Source: Candidatus Bathyarchaeota archaeon
GTDB lineage: Archaea; Thermoproteota; Bathyarchaeia; Bathyarchaeales; Bathycorpusculaceae
Direction of reading: 5' to 3'
Length of the DNA stretch: 64,000 bases
Assembly: GCA_963832745.1 (NCBI GenBank)
Contig: CAWHVC010000005.1
Coordinates: 448,001 to 512,000, forward strand
Position 1 is the first letter of the stretch. Each line of letters begins with the position of its first letter. Shown here piece after piece: positions 59,921-64,000 of the stretch. The translations under genes were made by a program, and so were the position numbers. The notes under the pieces were generated by a model. It did no database searches and was not told the DNA's origin. It saw nothing but the letters and a program-made list of their open reading frames with translations.

Positions 59921-60361
59921 TCATTCTTTATGGAAAACTGAGGTAAACATCATTTGTTCTATTGCACCACTTTTGCCTGTTAGCCATACTTCGTTGAATA
60001 GTTCTGTGGCTTTTTCGGCTTGTTTGTCAGTGTTTGTTGGGAAAACGGCGATTAGGTAGCTGTTGGGTGGCAAACAACCGTGCAGTAGTTCTGCCCGTTT
60101 ACGTAGCCTGTCAATTCTGACTGTGGAAGCGCATTCAACGCCAAACGTGACGCCTTCTTCGTTTTTGGCCAGAACCTTCACAAAAACCGTTTTGTCGCCA
60201 AAAGTCAAGGGTACTTCAAATTGTATGTCTCTAAAACTTCGGTCGTGCCAAAGCTTCAATGCTGCCGCAACTTTCAAACTTTCGATATCAGGGGAGCTTT
60301 TTTGGCTTGTTTTGTAGATTGCCTGTAGTTCTTTGGGCAATTTCTCAAAATGGTTAATCAT
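59921..60361 (-). CDS. Hypothetical protein with degenerate PD-(D/E)xK-like fold
   Basis: SLKVAAA...IQFEVP...VKVLA...GVECAS...EVWL pattern. Confidence 0.55.
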   Translation of the reverse strand: MINHFEKLPKELQAIYKTSQKSSPDIESLKVAAALKLWHDRSFRDIQFEVPLTFGDKTVFVKVLAKNEEGVTFGVECASTVRIDRLRKRAELLHGCLPPNSYLIAVFPTNTDKQAEKATELFNEVWLTGKSGAIEQMMFTSVFHKE

Positions 60362-60466
60362 TGCTTAATCACCTTTCATTGCACACTATTATAACAGATA
60401 TAATGTGTTCGTATATAAGCCATTATTTATCTAATTCTGCAGCTGCATTATAGCCATTGAAATCTA

Positions 60467-60658
60467 GTGATTCTAATGGTCAGAGCATACATACTATCCG
60501 AACGAGAACGAGAAATCCTCAAAAGATTCACAGAAACGGGAGAAAAACTAAACGGCTTTGACATACTAATCCATTACATCAACAAGTACAAGCCACAGCT
60601 TATCAACGACTTTGACTTAATCGAGGCTGCGCTTAAACAGAAAAACGCCAACAAATAG
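60467..60658 (+). CDS. Small hypothetical DNA-binding-like protein
   Basis: MVRAYILSEREREILKRF; divergent from the previous gene. Confidence 0.6.
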   Translation: MILMVRAYILSEREREILKRFTETGEKLNGFDILIHYINKYKPQLINDFDLIEAALKQKNANK

Positions 60659-60841
60659 CTTTTCTTTAATGCAGTTCCGTTAGGGCTTTTTTTGTTTGGT
60701 TTTTTGTTTGCCAAAATTGCTTATATGGGCTGTTGAGGGTTGGCTGTGTGGGCGGAAAAGCTCAAGAATGGGCCATGATAGTTGCCCGACTGCATTTTGC
60801 TGTTCAACGCTTTTCATTGCTTTCTTTGAAGTTCTATGTCG

Positions 60842-60950
60842 CTGCCAACCTATTAGCAGCCTATTAGAATCCAAATAGCAGCTCTATGCTGGAACCTAAG
60901 ACACTTTTCCAACCTCAAAACTGCAAATCACTAAGGGGGGTAGGTGCTAA
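60842..60950 (+). repeat. Dispersed element B, copy 3
   Basis: CTGCCAACCTATTAGCAGCCTATTAGAATCCAAATAG ... AGGGGGGTAGG, similar to 41929-41996. Confidence 0.7.
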
Positions 60951-60993
60951 TGGCGCAGAAAGCGCTCAAAAGTATGTTGAAATTGAGTAGTCA

Positions 60994-61998
60994 TTACAGT
61001 TTTGTGCTAATGTCTGCATAGATTTGGGCGCAACAAAACGGTGAAAACGAAACAGTCCAACCCTGATTTTCCGCAAAATCAATTGCCGCCTGACTTGGAA
61101 AAGCCACTGCATCTACACCTGCTTTCAACGCCAAAACGTCAATGTCAGCGCGTAGTTTGCCTTTAGGACGCATACAACCCAAAACCAAGGGCGTGTCTGG
61201 AAACATGACCCGTGCAGAAGCAGTAACTCGTGCAATATCAAGCGGCGGGGGCGGTTCAACCTTTGCCATTTCTGTTCCAGGAATAGGCATAAACGCGATG
61301 ATAACCACGGCGGAAGGCTTTGTTTGCGAAATCATTTGCAGCGCCACCAGTTCGCCATCCAATTTTCCATCGTTTAACCCAACAATAACGTGAGGAACAA
61401 AGTTTAAACCAGCCTCTTGCAGCGCCTTAAGCGAGTCAGCATAATCTTGAACCGATACGTTAAACCCGTAAACCTTATCGATTGTTTCCTGCGAACCGAT
61501 AACATCAATCAACGCAGCATCAACCCCCGCCTGCTTAAGCAAAACAGCCGTATCCAAATCAACAATACCCGTATGAACAAAAACAGTCAAACCCAACTCC
61601 CGCTTAACCCGCTCAATCACCGACGCAAACACCCTAAGAGGAACAGACCCGTCAGGCAAACACCCCCCACTAATCAAGCAACCCAACGCCCCATCCTCCT
61701 TCAACTTAGAACACAACACAAACAACCGTTCAGGAGTAACAGCCGGCTGCATTGTAGCCAACACTTTACCACCACAATGCCTACAATTCAAAGCACAACC
61801 TAACCCAGTCACCGAAACAGTCGGAAAAACCGTTGATTTCGAACAGAAAAGACTACTTTTATAATAAGCGAAACCTGGCGCGTAGAAACGGATTTGACGC
61901 CTCTTTTGCATAAACACCCCTGAATCCAAGAAACCAAAAAGTTCTTGCAGAGTTAAATGCCAAATTTCTTCCGAAGAAAACTGCCGCATACCTTTCAT
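60994..61998 (-). CDS. Radical SAM protein, biotin-synthase-related (archaeal LipS1/S2-like family)
   Basis: SVTG..CALNCRHC, LISGG, HTG, VPHVIVGL, LGCMRP, C-terminal CCA. Confidence 0.85.
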   Translation of the reverse strand: MKGMRQFSSEEIWHLTLQELFGFLDSGVFMQKRRQIRFYAPGFAYYKSSLFCSKSTVFPTVSVTGLGCALNCRHCGGKVLATMQPAVTPERLFVLCSKLKEDGALGCLISGGCLPDGSVPLRVFASVIERVKRELGLTVFVHTGIVDLDTAVLLKQAGVDAALIDVIGSQETIDKVYGFNVSVQDYADSLKALQEAGLNFVPHVIVGLNDGKLDGELVALQMISQTKPSAVVIIAFMPIPGTEMAKVEPPPPLDIARVTASARVMFPDTPLVLGCMRPKGKLRADIDVLALKAGVDAVAFPSQAAIDFAENQGWTVSFSPFCCAQIYADISTKL

Positions 61999-62035
61999 AC
62001 TAATTTTTGAACAGGGCTTCTTAAGAATTTATTTG

Positions 62036-62398
62036 TTAAAGCTTACGTTTTGCCCTCCAAGCATCCCCTTGAAAAGCTTGAACCGGTTGAGCCTCAACAT
62101 TCACATTAGCAATATCCGCCTGCAACTTCGCCAAACGTTTCGTAAGCGTCAAAGTCTTAAAGATTGCACCACCACGATAAGTCAAATTATAAAGGACCTT
62201 ACCCTTACATTTCACTTGCTCAACAAGCCCATATTCAATCAAGTAATCAATTTTTTTATGCAGCAGCATGCAATCCATGTTGCCTTCAAAGGCGATAGCG
62301 TCAAGCGTCAAAGGCTTGACTGAGAGAATCTTAAGCACATCCTCATAAAGTTCTAATTTTGATTTTGTCATGCAAAGCACGCTCTTGTAAGATAACAT
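62036..62398 (-). CDS. Winged-helix protein
   Basis: SKLELYEDVL...LTLDAIAF..NM...IDYLIEYGLVE...YNLTYRG; likely start at MTKSK. Confidence 0.8.
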   Translation of the reverse strand: MLSYKSVLCMTKSKLELYEDVLKILSVKPLTLDAIAFEGNMDCMLLHKKIDYLIEYGLVEQVKCKGKVLYNLTYRGGAIFKTLTLTKRLAKLQADIANVNVEAQPVQAFQGDAWRAKRKL

Positions 62399-62504
62399 TC
62401 CACGTTTTTTAATAAAGAATTTATGAATTTTGAATCTTTAATAAAAAGTAGTCGCTGCAAAAAACCAAAAAAGCCGATGTCAAACTGTTTTTTTGCCATA
62501 CAAG

Positions 62505-62930
62505 TTACAGTTTAGCGTCTTGGCGATCTTTAAGGTAAGCATCATGTTTCTCAAGAAGGCTACGGATTTGATGATTTATGAAGTCATCTGCACTTAGATA
62601 ACCAGTGTCTAAATCTTTTATTGCCTGTTGCAGCCGTTCATAATCTGTCTTTTGTATTTCAATGTAGGTGCAGTCGTCTTTTGCGAAACGGAGTTGTGTG
62701 CGTATGGCGTCTCGTATGAATTCTTCGCGGCTGGTGTATCCGAGGTTGCGGTTGGTTTCTATGAAGGTTTGGGTTTCGTTTAGTAGTTGTGGGGGGAGGT
62801 TGACGCTTGTGGAGAGGAGGTTTTCGATGGCGTCGGTGTAGGTTTGCATTTTCATGGTTTGTGCGGTTATTTCGCCTAGCATTGCGGTTAGTTTTTGGTG
62901 GGCGTCGTCGGATATGCGCAGAGTTTTCAT
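62505..62930 (-). CDS. Multi-RHH (CopG-like) protein
   Basis: MKTLRISDDAHQKL; SVNLP..L....GYTSREEFIRDAIR; a third repeat GYLSADDFI. Confidence 0.8.
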   Translation of the reverse strand: MKTLRISDDAHQKLTAMLGEITAQTMKMQTYTDAIENLLSTSVNLPPQLLNETQTFIETNRNLGYTSREEFIRDAIRTQLRFAKDDCTYIEIQKTDYERLQQAIKDLDTGYLSADDFINHQIRSLLEKHDAYLKDRQDAKL

Positions 62931-62977
62931 GGAGTTTACCATGTGTATTTGTGATAGGAAAGCTAATAAGGCTTTTC

Positions 62978-63012
62978 TGTATACTTGGTATACAAGGTGT
63001 AAGAGGTTTACA
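62978..63012. promoter_or_regulatory. Two palindromes between divergent RHH genes
   Basis: TGTATAC-TTG-GTATACA and TGTAA-GAGGT-TTACA. Confidence 0.5.
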
Positions 63013-63014
63013 AA

Positions 63015-63224
63015 ATGAAGCACAACATCAGCATAACAATGGACCAAAAACTCTTCAGAGAACTAGAAAACATCCGCGGCAGAGAAAAACGCAGCAACTT
63101 CATCGAATACCTAATCATCGAAGGCCTAAAAACCCACCTAACCAACCAACAAAACACAAAACAAACGCTACCAATCATACCATTTATCGAAATTAACAAA
63201 AGAAAAAAAGAGTATATTGGTTGA
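63015..63224 (+). CDS. Small RHH protein
   Basis: MKHNISITMD..L...L...RG...RS.FIE.LI. Confidence 0.75.
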   Translation: MKHNISITMDQKLFRELENIRGREKRSNFIEYLIIEGLKTHLTNQQNTKQTLPIIPFIEINKRKKEYIG

Positions 63225-63228
63225 AGGT

Positions 63229-63612
63229 TTATTCGATCTTCCATTTCTTGGCAACTTTAACTACAATGAAAGCGATGAAAGCCACGATAATGAACGTAAT
63301 CAATGCAGATATGAATGCGCCATACAGGAATAGTTGTCCATTGACTTCAAAGGATGCTTCTGCCAAGTTGCCCATTTCCGACGGAAGAGCTAAACCGATC
63401 AAAGGCATGACAAAACCTGTGACCAGTGACTGAACAAGTGTGCCAAGATAGATACCTAAGACGAAAGCTATGGCGAGCCCAAGAATCTTGTATTTTGACA
63501 GGAAGTCTTTGAATTCATTCCATAAGCCTTTTGGTGGTGGGGGTGGTGGCGCCTTTTCTAATGATTCGCGGATTTTCCGTAATTCTGCTAACATTTCATC
63601 TTCTTTTGACAA
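63229..63612 (-). CDS. mscL: Large-conductance mechanosensitive channel
   Basis: EFKDFL....LGLAIAFVLG, LVQSLV...MP, YGAFISALITFII; GAGG SD before TTG at 63612. Confidence 0.92.
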   Translation of the reverse strand: MSKEDEMLAELRKIRESLEKAPPPPPPKGLWNEFKDFLSKYKILGLAIAFVLGIYLGTLVQSLVTGFVMPLIGLALPSEMGNLAEASFEVNGQLFLYGAFISALITFIIVAFIAFIVVKVAKKWKIE

Positions 63613-63775
63613 TAAAGCAACCTCAAAATATTCTGCATATATTGGGCTAATAAGATTATCCATTAACGATACAACCGCTAATGTGGCAAGTATTCACTTT
63701 TTAGGTGGGGGTAAAGATTATAGGCAAAAAGCTTCATATGCACACATAATCTCGCTGTCAATGAGAAGGATACAT

Positions 63776-64000
63776 ATGGGTTTAGCTGAACTGGATGATT
63801 TAGACAAAAGCATCCTAAAACTGCTTCAAAAGGATGCCAGACTCTCGTTTGCCGAAATCGGGCGCAGTTTAGACATTGCGGAAACTACCGTTCGCTTCCG
63901 GGTCAACCGCCTTGTTGAAAGTGGCGTTATAACACGTTTTGCTGCCCTGCTTGACCCAGAAAAAGTCGGGTTAACCGTCGGTGGCGCCATTCTGCTTAAG
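63776..64000 (+). CDS. Lrp/AsnC regulator, partial
   Basis: LDDLDKSILKLLQKDARLSFAEIGRSLDIAETTVRFRVNRLVESGVI; runs off the window end. Confidence 0.92.
   Translation, partial: MGLAELDDLDKSILKLLQKDARLSFAEIGRSLDIAETTVRFRVNRLVESGVITRFAALLDPEKVGLTVGGAILLK

Overview
Archaeal chromosome segment, most likely Bathyarchaeia (inferred from an eL22-like ribosomal protein, PQQ-type beta-propeller surface proteins, a TackOD1-like protein, expanded TrmB/Lrp regulators and frequent TTG/CTG starts). Bases 1-15.6 kb are an accessory region around tRNA-Arg(TCG). It holds a frameshifted Zn-ribbon tyrosine integrase, a nucleotidyltransferase gene pair, an orphan HK97-capsid-like ORF, a collapsed tailed-virus relic (prohead protease plus terminase C-terminus) and a degenerate tRNA 3'-end repeat. 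The rest is mostly housekeeping: metY-metX-metW, queT-queC, galT, glycogen debranching enzyme, tpiA, ppdK, a SelB-like factor, a PAS histidine kinase, a radical SAM protein and mscL. The best non-coding signals are: (1) a compact two-state pseudoknot that can sequester the Shine-Dalgarno sequence directly upstream of queT-queC, a candidate archaeal preQ0/preQ1-type riboswitch; (2) a box C/D guide RNA predicted to target the 16S C1402-equivalent, sitting just upstream of the eL22 gene; (3) two unannotated dispersed repeat families. No CRISPR array or rRNA gene was seen. All family calls come from motif recognition by eye, not from database searches.
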